Position numbers and translations under genes: made by a program. A DNA stretch of 64,000 nt, taken from IMG/VR virus record IMGVR_UViG_3300006143_000348; one strand, given 5' to 3'. How positions within the stretch are numbered: the first letter of the stretch is position 1; each line of letters opens with the position of its first letter. Positions 27,566-36,742 of the stretch are shown piece by piece. Source of the stretch: a virus. Its lineage: Duplodnaviria > Heunggongvirae > Uroviricota > Caudoviricetes. Below the pieces are notes generated by a model that saw only the letters and a program-made list of their open reading frames with translations, searched no databases and was not told the DNA's origin.

Positions 27566-28129
27566 ATGAAAAGGGAGGAAATTAGAATGAGTTTTACGAT
27601 GAACATATCTGATATTAAAATTCCCGAAGGCTTTGCAAAAAGCGTTCCGGGAAAAGCAAAAATGGATAGGTGCAGGAGATATTACAGCAAGAATGGGTGC
27701 CTTGACAGGGATATTGTGGTTGACAAAAACGGTTACTTGCAAGATGGCTATATCGGCTATCTTGTTTTAGTAGAAAACGGAGCAACGCACACAGAGGTTA
27801 TCCAGAAAGGGTATGACAGGGAATATAGAAACAGCTTTGCCCCACAGGTTGGTGACTGGGTAAAAATCCGCGACTGGGAGGATATGGAAGAGGAGTTTGG
27901 GGTATCTGAGAACGGATGGATTGAGTGCCGTTTCCGTTTTACTAAAGAAATGCAGAGCGGTATAGGAGGTCTTGAATTTGAAATTACGGAAATTAAGTAT
28001 GACGAGTATCTCGGACATGATTCCGAGTGGAAGATATCAAAAGATATGCTGATGCCAGCAGGTGATATGTATGTTGATTCGGACGAGGTTGATAAATTTT
28101 TGGAATCAATTAAAGTCGTAGACCAATAG
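27566..28129 (+). CDS. Hypothetical protein (about 187 aa) between the RT and the AAA+ ATPase
   Basis: Clean ORF. Alternative starts are ATG 27548 (track) and ATG 27587 (GGGAGG 8 nt upstream). A 327-nt leader precedes it. Confidence 0.7.
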   Translation: MKREEIRMSFTMNISDIKIPEGFAKSVPGKAKMDRCRRYYSKNGCLDRDIVVDKNGYLQDGYIGYLVLVENGATHTEVIQKGYDREYRNSFAPQVGDWVKIRDWEDMEEEFGVSENGWIECRFRFTKEMQSGIGGLEFEITEIKYDEYLGHDSEWKISKDMLMPAGDMYVDSDEVDKFLESIKVVDQ

Positions 28130-28393
28130 GTTTGATATTAAATGCGCATGTCGCATCTTGATTAAACCCCACAATGTAAATGAATTACCTTTCCAGTACA
28201 AATGTGTATGTGGCGATAAAGCCATATAGGAATTGTAATAACTCTCGACTGTTAGTGAGAGGTTCGCAAAGCTAGCTTGCACTCATAAATGAGTGGCAGG
28301 TTTTCGCATAAGCTACTTTCCTTCCACAATGAAAGTAGCTTACGGATTGTGGGAATAGTCACAATTAAATAACAATATAACAAGGAGAAGATT

Positions 28394-29503
28394 ATGAAAG
28401 CAATTAGCCAGGGAAACAATACGTATGACATTTTTGATGATTCACTGCAGGTATATGAACAGCTGCCTGCACAGTTCTATGTAGTGAGGTTCAGCGAAAA
28501 CAGGGGATTTTCCCTTGTGAAGAGTCCAGAAATGGAAATTAAAGAGCCGAAAGTGTATGGCGTACATGACGAAAAGGTACAGAAAGTTATGAAAGCATTT
28601 ACTACAATGAACCGTAGCCTGGGAGTGATTTTGAGCGGTGATAAAGGTATCGGCAAGTCGCTGCTTGCAAAGATGCTTGCGGTAACTTCTATTAAAGGCG
28701 GTATGCCAGTTATCATAGTGGACACATATTATCCAGGAATTGCCTCTTATATCGAAGATATCGAACAGGAGGTAATGATTTTGTTTGACGAATTTGATAA
28801 GACCTTCGGCACTGTAAGAGCAAAGGATGGGGACGCATCCCCACAAACACAGATGCTGTCCTTGTTTGACGGGATTTCTGTTGGGAAGAAGCTGTTTGTA
28901 GTTACATGCAATGAGCTTGCGAACTTGAGTGATTACTTGGTAAACAGGCCGGGGCGGTTCCATTACCATTTCCGGTTTGAGTATCCATCGGTGCAGGAAG
29001 TCAGACAGTACCTGAGAGATAAACTGCCGGAGAAATACCACGGGGAGATTGAAGACGTGGTTTCTTTTTCCGGAAAGGTAAACCTGAACTACGACTGCCT
29101 GCGCGCAATTGCATTTGAGTTGCAGATGGGTTCTGCATTTGGCGAGGCGATTAAAGACTTAAATATCATCAATATTGAGAAGGTGTACTATATAGTCACT
29201 TTGAAATACGCGAATGGATTCACAGCGGTGAATAGGAGAGTACAGCTGGATATGTTCGGAGGGGAGGAAAGGGAGACCGTATACTTATACGATAATAACG
29301 AGGGCAATTTCGTTGATGTCGAGTTTACACCGACGGACGCGGTGTTTGACACTTCCATGTGTGCCCATGTAATAACGCCTGACAAGTTCAGCCTCGACTA
29401 TATAGAGTCGTATGTAGAGTCTTGCAAAGCAGCAAAAGCAAGTGAGCCGGAGTGCTTGGTTATTACCCGAAAGATGGACAAAAATATCCACTACTTGGCA
29501 TAG
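28394..29503 (+). CDS. AAA+ ATPase
   Basis: Walker A 'GDKGIGKS', Walker B 'ILFDEFDK', sensor-2/Arg region 'NRPGRFHYH'. CAAGGAGAAG RBS. Confidence 0.85.
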   Translation: MKAISQGNNTYDIFDDSLQVYEQLPAQFYVVRFSENRGFSLVKSPEMEIKEPKVYGVHDEKVQKVMKAFTTMNRSLGVILSGDKGIGKSLLAKMLAVTSIKGGMPVIIVDTYYPGIASYIEDIEQEVMILFDEFDKTFGTVRAKDGDASPQTQMLSLFDGISVGKKLFVVTCNELANLSDYLVNRPGRFHYHFRFEYPSVQEVRQYLRDKLPEKYHGEIEDVVSFSGKVNLNYDCLRAIAFELQMGSAFGEAIKDLNIINIEKVYYIVTLKYANGFTAVNRRVQLDMFGGEERETVYLYDNNEGNFVDVEFTPTDAVFDTSMCAHVITPDKFSLDYIESYVESCKAAKASEPECLVITRKMDKNIHYLA

Positions 29504-29509
29504 CATTCT

Positions 29510-31250
29510 GGTGATATGTCAAGAACTTTTTGAAAAAGATTTTGATATGTTTTTCAGAAAAAAGGGTAACTTTAACAGACCTTCGGTATATTTTACGAAA
29601 AACCGAAGGTCAGTTCGACTCGATATTATATTCGGTGTCCAGCTTTTCGCCGGTGTACAGTTGGTTTTTGACCAGCAATCCAAAAACGAGTCGTACAAAT
29701 TTACGAGATGTAAGCGCGAGTGCTCTTTTGTGCTGATGTCTGGTTACCTCAGCATATTTTCTGGCATAAAAATCAGCATATTGAGGGATGTGCTTCCTGA
29801 CGCTGTTTGCCGCTTCGCCAAGATAGTAGCGAAGATAGGGATTTCCGGCTTTCGACATGTTGTTGTCCTCAGAAGTGAAATCTCCGGAATCACCTTTAGG
29901 CCAGTAAAGCCCGGCATATTTGGCAAGGGCATCGGACGAATGAAATGCTGTTATATCGCCTATTTCTGACAGGATCCCGGATGCCCATACTGGACCTATT
30001 CCAGGTATGGACCTGAGGATGATCAGGGCATTAGGGTTCATTCCGTTGATGCATTTCCCAATCGCCTGCTCTATCAGCCTGATTTCTTTCTGATAGGCAT
30101 GGATGCAGTTAAACGAGCTTGCCAGTGATATGTTCAGTGGTTCGTACATGCACTTGTCTAACCGGTAGGAATCCCTGGCTGCCTTCCGCAGAAGTTCGGA
30201 AGTTTTGGATATGTCAGAGATGCGGTTCCTGCTCTTTTCCGCAAGAAAAGCAAGCAGATCCTCTTCCGGCATATCAATGATCTCCTGTGGTGACAGAAAT
30301 TCTGTCAGGACAGCTGAGGACGTGGCGCCATAGAGACTGCCAAAAGGCTTATCATCACCTTCAAGGAGCTGAAGCTCACTAAACTTCAGATAAAGATTAG
30401 ACACCATATAAGTCTTCTCCCTGGTGATGCACTCAGAAAGGTGCATACGGTGCCTTGTAAGGCGTTTCAGGGCTATGAACTGCCCGCCGTGCCATGGCTC
30501 CAGTTTTTTCGTGCGGCCTACCCTGCCAAAGTCTGCAATGAGATATGCATCTGTGGGATCAGTCTTCTCCATTCCGATATAGGACTTTCGGTAATTGGAA
30601 GTGGTCTTTGGGTTTACACAGAAGACGTAAGGTCTGTAGGGCATGAGAACCTCACTGGTCGACAGGAAGTTGGAAATATGCACGCTGTACACAGAAGTGG
30701 ATTCCAACACGATAAGAAGGGTATCCAGGTTTTGATGCTTCTGCATACACTCCGCAATCATATCCACAAGCTGATCGGCACCCGGCTGATTATTGCCAAA
30801 CGATGATGAGATGTATTTGTTTTCCTCAAAGTCCATCGCATAGACAGCATTGGTCTTTGAGCTTACATCAATACCTACAAACAAGGTGGACATATAGTTG
30901 ATCTTTAACATGATATCACCTCCGTTCTGATCGGGATTTGTGAAGCCTGAAGCAAAAGGGTTATCCTGTGCTGCATACGGTGACCGAAACCTCGCGCAAT
31001 GAGCATGCACCCAGTCAGCCTTTCTTGCTGGGGCTAACGGCTGGGGATGAAAATTCTGTGTCAGCGGAATATGCCGTATGTGCCAGGCTGAATGCTATCG
31101 AAGCAGTCTCGGACTAAGCCGGCTGAAAGGAGGAACAGCAGTGCCTTCGGACATCAGACTCTGCCTGATATCATACCACAGGATAAACAATTATGAAACT
31201 GGGTTGTACAGGTGATGAAAGGGTGGGAGGGGAATCCTCCTGATTGCCTT
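29510..31250 (-). mobile_element. IS110-family insertion sequence (approximate boundaries)
   Basis: Contains the IS110-type transposase gene plus about 300 nt of non-coding left end and about 90 nt of right end. It sits between the AAA+ gene stop (29503) and the SPFH operon. IS110 elements lack terminal inverted repeats, so the ends are estimated. Confidence 0.5.
29610..30911 (-). CDS. IS110-family transposase (DEDD-type N-terminus + IS110 C-terminal domain)
   Basis: 'MSTLFVGIDVSSKTNAVYAM' at the N-terminus. C-terminal 'IPGIGPVWASGILSEIGDITAFHSSDALAKYAGLYWPKGDSGDF' is the IS110/IS116/IS902 signature. The start is set at MLKINYMSTLF (ATG 30911, GGAGGTGA RBS) rather than the track's upstream extension. 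Confidence 0.85.
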   Translation of the reverse strand: MLKINYMSTLFVGIDVSSKTNAVYAMDFEENKYISSSFGNNQPGADQLVDMIAECMQKHQNLDTLLIVLESTSVYSVHISNFLSTSEVLMPYRPYVFCVNPKTTSNYRKSYIGMEKTDPTDAYLIADFGRVGRTKKLEPWHGGQFIALKRLTRHRMHLSECITREKTYMVSNLYLKFSELQLLEGDDKPFGSLYGATSSAVLTEFLSPQEIIDMPEEDLLAFLAEKSRNRISDISKTSELLRKAARDSYRLDKCMYEPLNISLASSFNCIHAYQKEIRLIEQAIGKCINGMNPNALIILRSIPGIGPVWASGILSEIGDITAFHSSDALAKYAGLYWPKGDSGDFTSEDNNMSKAGNPYLRYYLGEAANSVRKHIPQYADFYARKYAEVTRHQHKRALALTSRKFVRLVFGLLVKNQLYTGEKLDTEYNIESN

Positions 31251-31418
31251 CACCTATATCATTAAGAAAGGATTATCAAAGTAACTGTTGACAGTATAGA
31301 TGGGATAGGATATGGGGAAGATTCTCCTTCTGAATTATCCTTCATCTATATCACAAAAAAGAATAAGTCCATAGCCTGTTTTGATTGGCTATAAACTTAT
31401 TATACGAGGAGGGAAGTG

Positions 31419-31586
31419 ATGAATTTAGTATTTTGGTTATTTGTGGCGGGTGACGCCTTTCTTTTTTGGCTTGCGGTTTCTTTCGTGTTCATTCCAATTG
31501 GCAGAGCCGTTGTGAAAATAACGAGGGAAATTTCAAATATTATAAAATATGAAGAAACAGAGGAAAAGGAGAAGAAGTCGAGATGA
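31419..31586 (+). CDS. Micro membrane protein (55 aa), translationally coupled (ATGA overlap) to the SPFH gene
   Basis: MNLVFWLFVAGDAFLFWLAVSFVFIPIGRAVVK.... A GAGGAGGG RBS lies 5 nt upstream. Not in the track (under 60 aa). Confidence 0.5.
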   Translation: MNLVFWLFVAGDAFLFWLAVSFVFIPIGRAVVKITREISNIIKYEETEEKEKKSR

Positions 31587-32452
31587 AAAAGAACGGTTTA
31601 GTGGGAGCAGTAGTAACAGCAATTATTATTTTTGGGGCATTGTTTTGCCTAATAGGGTGCATCGAAAAGGTGCCGGTTGGGTACGAAGCGGTTGTGTACA
31701 ACATGAACGGAGGCGTATCCGGGGAAACGCTGACCCAGGGCTGGCATATTGTTGCACCGACAAAGAAAGTCAAGGAATTTACGGTTAGCAACGAGCAGCT
31801 TATTCTGTCCAAAGATAGCAGGGAGGGTAGCGAAGGCGATGATTCTTTCAAAGTATCTACATCGGATGATGCTATGCTGTCAATTAGCTTCCAGATGTCC
31901 TATAGGTACAGGCCGGAAACATTGGTGGAAACCTATAAGAAATTCAAAGGCATGGATGGAGAGGCGATTATTGAGAGCCGTGTGAAGACAGTTCTGAAAT
32001 CTAAGGTTTCAGAGGTTACGACGGATTACTCCATGATGGATATTTATTCTGGAAATAGGAGCGAGATTAATAATAAGCTCACCGCGTACTTAGATGATGC
32101 GTTTTCTACGGCATACGGCATCAATGTCTTGGATGCAAGTATTATTGACGTACATCCAGATAAAAAGCTGAAAGCATCTATCGACAATAGGGTTACAGCA
32201 TTACAACAGAAGCAGCAGGCGGAAGTTGAACAAGAAACCGCAAGGGTTCAGGCAGAAACGGCGCTGATTAGAGCCAAGAATGAGGCGGAAATCAGGATAA
32301 CTGAGGCTGAGGCAGAAGCGAAAGCAAACCGACTGAAGGCTTCGAGCATCACGCCAGAGCTGATTCAGATGAAAGAAGCGGAAGCGCGGCTGACGCATGG
32401 CTGGGTGACAGTCCAAGGGACTGGGACGGCGGTAGTTGGCACGGGTAAATAA
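31583..32452 (+). CDS. SPFH/band-7 (prohibitin/HflC-like) membrane protein
   Basis: N-terminal TM, then 'IEKVPVGYEAVVYNMNGGVSGETLTQGWHIVAP..KVKEFTV' (SPFH core) and a C-terminal Ala/Glu-rich coiled coil. Confidence 0.85.
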   Translation: MKKNGLVGAVVTAIIIFGALFCLIGCIEKVPVGYEAVVYNMNGGVSGETLTQGWHIVAPTKKVKEFTVSNEQLILSKDSREGSEGDDSFKVSTSDDAMLSISFQMSYRYRPETLVETYKKFKGMDGEAIIESRVKTVLKSKVSEVTTDYSMMDIYSGNRSEINNKLTAYLDDAFSTAYGINVLDASIIDVHPDKKLKASIDNRVTALQQKQQAEVEQETARVQAETALIRAKNEAEIRITEAEAEAKANRLKASSITPELIQMKEAEARLTHGWVTVQGTGTAVVGTGK

Positions 32453-32855
32453 GTAAAATGGTGGTCTGGGCTGGTTATAGGAACAATGCATGTAGCATTG
32501 CCGCAAGCAAAACGGCTGGTTCCGGCCACCACATAAGAATAGTATTTTGCCTATAATGATATGACTGCATTGCAGTGCTTCTAACTGTTAGTAGAAGTTT
32601 CATGAAGGTAGCAGGGGGAAAGGAGAAGGAACACGCGATGACACTAGGAAAAAAGTTCCCTATATCAAGATGTTCATCCTAAAAGTGGGCGTTAAACTAA
32701 CTGTTGCACAGTACGAAAAACACAAGCATCGCGCTGCCAGAAAGAAGACGACCCTGCTGAGGCTCCTGATTTTAATAGCTTTTTGTATAATGGATTATAG
32801 GTAAAAGGGGTGACTGTAAATTGGGCTTGTAAGAAAGTATATATGAGGAGGGTAT

Positions 32856-33182
32856 ATGAACAGAGAGCAGAAAAGAAAATTTGTGAAGAAGGCAAAATCC
32901 AAAGGAATTCCAGAAGAATACATAGAAGCTTACATCGTGATGCTTGAGGCGGGCACGACCATTCCGGTGATTCCGGAGGGTGCAAAAGTCCGCTTGGATG
33001 TAGAGAAGATTAAAGCGGGAAAGAATTACGTGAGGATGAATCCAGAATATAAGGAGTTTGTGGAATCATCAGAAGGCATGGTTTTTACGTCACATGTCGA
33101 GGAGGGATGTTTTGTTAGCTTGAAGGAAAATCCCAAATGGCTGTTCTGGAGCGGAGATTTGAGTAGGGTGGAAGATGTGTGA
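32856..33182 (+). CDS. Hypothetical protein (108 aa)
   Basis: GAGGAGGG RBS. Confidence 0.7.
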   Translation: MNREQKRKFVKKAKSKGIPEEYIEAYIVMLEAGTTIPVIPEGAKVRLDVEKIKAGKNYVRMNPEYKEFVESSEGMVFTSHVEEGCFVSLKENPKWLFWSGDLSRVEDV

Positions 33183-33403
33183 CAATTGAGAAAAGTGTTG
33201 TAATGCAGAAGATTTCAAAAAGAAGACCTCTTCGCGTTTTTGATGTATTTGCTCCGACCCGCACAAAAGACGAAATCAATGGTCTGAGCCATGACGAAAC
33301 TGTAAAATGGAAATTAACAGGTTGGATGCTAAGAAAATCAGCGTCAACACTTCGTATGTACTCATGTAGCCACCTCCTTCGTCCGCGAAGAGGTTTCCTA
33401 TAA
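33179..33403 (+). CDS. Hypothetical basic protein (74 aa), GTG start overlapping the upstream stop
   Basis: GTGTGA overlap. K/R-rich. Weakly supported. Confidence 0.3.
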   Translation: MTIEKSVVMQKISKRRPLRVFDVFAPTRTKDEINGLSHDETVKWKLTGWMLRKSASTLRMYSCSHLLRPRRGFL

Positions 33404-33561
33404 AATATATCATACACTACATATAAATACAAGAAATATTTGAGAATTAGATATAGATTATATGACGTATCGAGGATAGATGATAGAGGCGAGCGTATAA
33501 TAAGAAATTAGCTGTGTAAGGCTGGTATTGGGTAAGAAAATAGTAAAAGTAACAAGGCAGC

Positions 33562-33756
33562 TTACGCTGCCTTGTCGTGGAGGTCTATTTCGGATTGAAC
33601 AGACGTCCCATGAAACGTTGCATGAATGCAGTTATATGTACTAATTGCTTTGTATATGAAAAATATTACAATGACAATTGTAATGCATATTAAAGCTACA
33701 CAGATTAGTCCATATAAACTACTACATGATACTGCTGACTGAAAAATCTTATCCAA
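33562..33756 (-). CDS. Small hydrophobic membrane protein (64 aa), TTG start
   Basis: A strong AAGGAGGA RBS lies 7 nt upstream of the TTG. A single long TM segment ('LYGLICVALICITIVIVIFFIY'). A perfect 9-bp hairpin CAAGGCAGC-ttac-GCTGCCTTG at 33552-33573 followed by a T-rich stretch serves as terminator on the minus strand. Confidence 0.5.
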   Translation of the reverse strand: MDKIFQSAVSCSSLYGLICVALICITIVIVIFFIYKAISTYNCIHATFHGTSVQSEIDLHDKAA

Positions 33757-33934
33757 TACTTATTCCTCCTTAAAAAATGAAAAACTAAGTTTCATTAGTG
33801 TATTTGCAGAAGGTTTGGGGATTCGATTTATCAAATCAGTATAATAATTATAATACATTGCATATATCGTGTCAATATAATAGAAAGAATAATTGATAAT
33901 TTCTGAAATGATATTATAGAATAAGGTGAGGAAT

Positions 33935-34183
33935 ATGCGGAATTCGTTTTGGAAGAATATACAGGATAAATTCCATACCAAGTGTCAAAGGAAGGTGGGT
34001 GTTTATTGCGGATTTTTTAGAAATACAATAGTCAAATTAAGGCCAGCGGTTTGTAAAGATGTTGTCTTCGAAATACCATGCCTTGAGTGTGCCGGAAGTG
34101 GAGTTTTCCGATGTAGCATTCACGATAGGGATGGTATTTGTATATGCTGCAAAGGAACCGGGAAGCAATTCATCGGGTTGTAG
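33935..34183 (+). CDS. Small Cys-rich protein with two DnaJ-type CxxCxGxG zinc-finger motifs
   Basis: 'CLECAGSG' and 'CICCKGTG'. The start at ATG 33935 has AAGGTGAGGA upstream. Confidence 0.6.
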   Translation: MRNSFWKNIQDKFHTKCQRKVGVYCGFFRNTIVKLRPAVCKDVVFEIPCLECAGSGVFRCSIHDRDGICICCKGTGKQFIGL

Positions 34184-34258
34184 AAGTGCAGGTGATAAAT
34201 TCAAAATGCAAGGAACCCCTAAGTAGAAATAGTGAAGTATGTGCAGAGAGGAGAAGAA

Positions 34259-34729
34259 ATGATTAAGGAAATAGGAAAATATAATGTTGATTTTGAAGGG
34301 ATTTCTTACGATGGGAAAATCCCATATGAGATGGTAATCATAGAAGAATTTGCTGAGGGCAAGCCGGTAAAAGGAAGCAAGAAGACTCTATATTTCCGGG
34401 GAGAAAAGAACTACATTATGCCGGTATTTAGTACGGAGGAAGCGGTCGAGATGTATCTGCAATATGCTAATAATACAAAACTCCAGATATGCAGCAAGGT
34501 TGTAGTGGAAGAAGTACATAACTCCGGGCGGAGGACTCGTACAAGGGGCAATTCTGTCCAAGAAGCTATGAAGGTATTGAGGGCTGAGTTATTGCGGCAT
34601 GGAGATTTGTACAACGGGTTTCAGGCAAGCATCGAAAGCTCAGTAAAAGAGCAGCAGGTATTATCGCAGCACAGAAATTCTGACACCATTGCAAAAGGGA
34701 TTTTGCGACGAATTATTGGGGAGGAATAG
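34259..34729 (+). CDS. Hypothetical protein
   Basis: The start at ATG 34259 has AGAGGAGAAG upstream. The track start is 34232. Confidence 0.65.
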   Translation: MIKEIGKYNVDFEGISYDGKIPYEMVIIEEFAEGKPVKGSKKTLYFRGEKNYIMPVFSTEEAVEMYLQYANNTKLQICSKVVVEEVHNSGRRTRTRGNSVQEAMKVLRAELLRHGDLYNGFQASIESSVKEQQVLSQHRNSDTIAKGILRRIIGEE

Positions 34730-34736
34730 GGAGAAT

Positions 34737-35084
34737 ATGAGGGATATAGAAAAAGATTTGATGGAAATTGAATGTATGATGAAAAGACAAAAGAAAGAAG
34801 GCGATGCGTTTGCTTGTTCTATGTTGCAAAGATGCCATAAATTGGTGTCGGAACTAAAACAGTACCGGGAATTAGAGGAACAAGGGAAACTGCTGAGACT
34901 GCCCTGCAAAATTGGCGGGACAGTTTACGTCATAATGAACCAAAGGGACAATTTCAGTGATGCTTTGTATAAAATAGTGACTGCTGCATTCTTCAGGTAC
35001 AACATGATAAAAGATGTTGGGAAAACTGTTTTCCTTACTAAAAAAGAGGCAGAGGAAGCATTAGAAAGTATGTTGGGGCTGTAA
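34737..35084 (+). CDS. Hypothetical protein
   Basis: The start at ATG 34737 follows GGGGAGGAATAGGGAG. The track ORF 34689 would overlap the upstream gene. Confidence 0.6.
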   Translation: MRDIEKDLMEIECMMKRQKKEGDAFACSMLQRCHKLVSELKQYRELEEQGKLLRLPCKIGGTVYVIMNQRDNFSDALYKIVTAAFFRYNMIKDVGKTVFLTKKEAEEALESMLGL

Positions 35085-35345
35085 GTGGATTGGCAAAACA
35101 TCAATACTATGATTCGCCAGAGTGATGTAATCATCAAAGCTCAAACAAGCGCAATCAGGCGAATGCTATTGCCCTGTTTGTTGCACCGAAATACTCCCAG
35201 ATGCCGCTGGTAAGAGTTGAGGTTGAGAACAAGCGGAATCCATAGCGGTTCTCTGTATACAGTAGGTCGCGGAACAGAGTGGTGGGTAAGGTTGACATAT
35301 CCCGTGACGGCGTAAAAGTTCATAGTAAGTAATGTTTTTTTAAGC

Positions 35346-35370
35346 AGGGGTTCGATTCCCTCAGCTCCAT
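35346..35370 (+). other. tRNA 3'-end-like fragment (AGGGG-TTCGATT-CCCTC + AGCTCCA), about 350 bp upstream of the tyrosine recombinase gene; candidate att core
   Basis: Canonical T-loop GGTTCGATTCC. There is no cognate 5' half, and the upstream sequence contains a T8 run. Confidence 0.35.
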
Positions 35371-35430
35371 TCTGGAAATCATTGATTTTCGGGAATTAAA
35401 AATAGCAAGAATGTAAAGGAGAAGAAAATC

Positions 35431-35673
35431 ATGTGTAAAGTTTTGTTGGATTCAATTGAGAAAGTAAGGAAATTCGTAAGCATTACCTCCAGATTTGATA
35501 CGGAAGTAAGCCTGAAAGCTGGCAGGTATATTGTTGACGCGAAGTCCATTATGGGGATTTTCAGCGTTGACCTGACAAAGCCAATGGAGTTGCAATTCGA
35601 AACCAATGGGAAGGCTGACAGTGCGTGCATTGCAAAGTACATAGAGCAGGTCGATGAATTTGTTGTTGCGTAA
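35431..35673 (+). CDS. HPr-like domain protein (lacks the His15 region)
   Basis: 'FVSITSRFDTEVSLKAGRYIVDAKSIMGIFSVDLTKPMELQFETNGKADSACIAKYIEQ' parallels HPr '[60 protein letters not shown]'. AAAGGAGAAG RBS. Confidence 0.6.
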   Translation: MCKVLLDSIEKVRKFVSITSRFDTEVSLKAGRYIVDAKSIMGIFSVDLTKPMELQFETNGKADSACIAKYIEQVDEFVVA

Positions 35674-35715
35674 GCTATATAGGAGCGGTAAATGATAATC
35701 TAGGGGAGGCAGCGG

Positions 35716-36531
35716 ATGGGGAAAATAATAAGCATAGGGGATATTAAGGCAAAGACAATTGATGTGCAGGCACTGCAGAAGGGCAGTGCCCAGTCTGCCG
35801 CAGGCCTTATTGCCCCGGCGACAGAAGAAGTCCGTTGCGAGCTGGCACCAGAACATGCGGCAGAGCCGATTAAGAACCTGGATGATATCTATACAGTGTC
35901 AGAGTTTCTTATCCAAAATGGGAGATATAGGGATAACATGCTGTTTATCGTCGGAATTAACTTTGGGCTACGGGTGAGCGATTTGAGGATGTTGCGTTTT
36001 TCCAATTTGATAAACGAAAACTTCACATACCGCGACAGTTTCCCGGTATTTGAAAAGAAAACAAGGAACACAAGAAAAAGAAAGAAGAACCGGTATATTA
36101 CCATCAACACGGCGGTAATAGAAGCGGTCACTTTGTATTTGAAGAATACGCCGGGGGTAGCGTTAAGTGATTATATGTTCCGAAGCGAGTCAAATCGCGG
36201 CGGGAACACGAACACCCCGCTTTCTGTTCAGTCAATTGACCGGATTTTAAAGGGAATTGCGAAGGATTTAAGCTTGAACGTAAAGGTGTCAACACATACG
36301 CTGCGGAAGACATTTTGCTACCACCAGATGCTGATGTCCCATAATGACAGCAGGAAGCTGCTTCTGCTCCAGAAAATGCTGAACCACTCATCGCCTGCGC
36401 AGACATTGGATTATATCGGAATTACGTCGGAAGAGATTGAGGAAGCCTACCGGAATCTGAATTTAGGTGGGATGCGCAGGAATTATCTCATGGATAGCAG
36501 TATCGTAGAAGTAGAAAGCCAGACAGGGTAG
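35716..36531 (+). CDS. Tyrosine site-specific recombinase / phage integrase-family protein (small, XerD-like)
   Basis: Catalytic-domain motifs: 'GLRVSDL' (box I Arg region), 'HTLRKTF' (box II HxLRHT-like), 'LLQKMLNHSSPAQTLDYIGIT' (nucleophile Tyr region). AGGGGAGG RBS. Confidence 0.8.
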   Translation: MGKIISIGDIKAKTIDVQALQKGSAQSAAGLIAPATEEVRCELAPEHAAEPIKNLDDIYTVSEFLIQNGRYRDNMLFIVGINFGLRVSDLRMLRFSNLINENFTYRDSFPVFEKKTRNTRKRKKNRYITINTAVIEAVTLYLKNTPGVALSDYMFRSESNRGGNTNTPLSVQSIDRILKGIAKDLSLNVKVSTHTLRKTFCYHQMLMSHNDSRKLLLLQKMLNHSSPAQTLDYIGITSEEIEEAYRNLNLGGMRRNYLMDSSIVEVESQTG

Positions 36532-36742
36532 GTGATGTGATGAGCCTAAATAAAGCGATAAAGCATGGGAAGGAGCGGCGGAAGAACAAATGAAAGAATT
36601 TGTGGAACTGGATTAAATTTGTTCCAGTTCGGGAGGAAGATAGGTGAAAAAGAAAATTTGGTGGCTTTTATGATGAGCAAATGGTATAATGTCAAGGAAG
36701 GAAATGGACGGGTAATATTGGCAAATATCGGAGGGGAATGCT

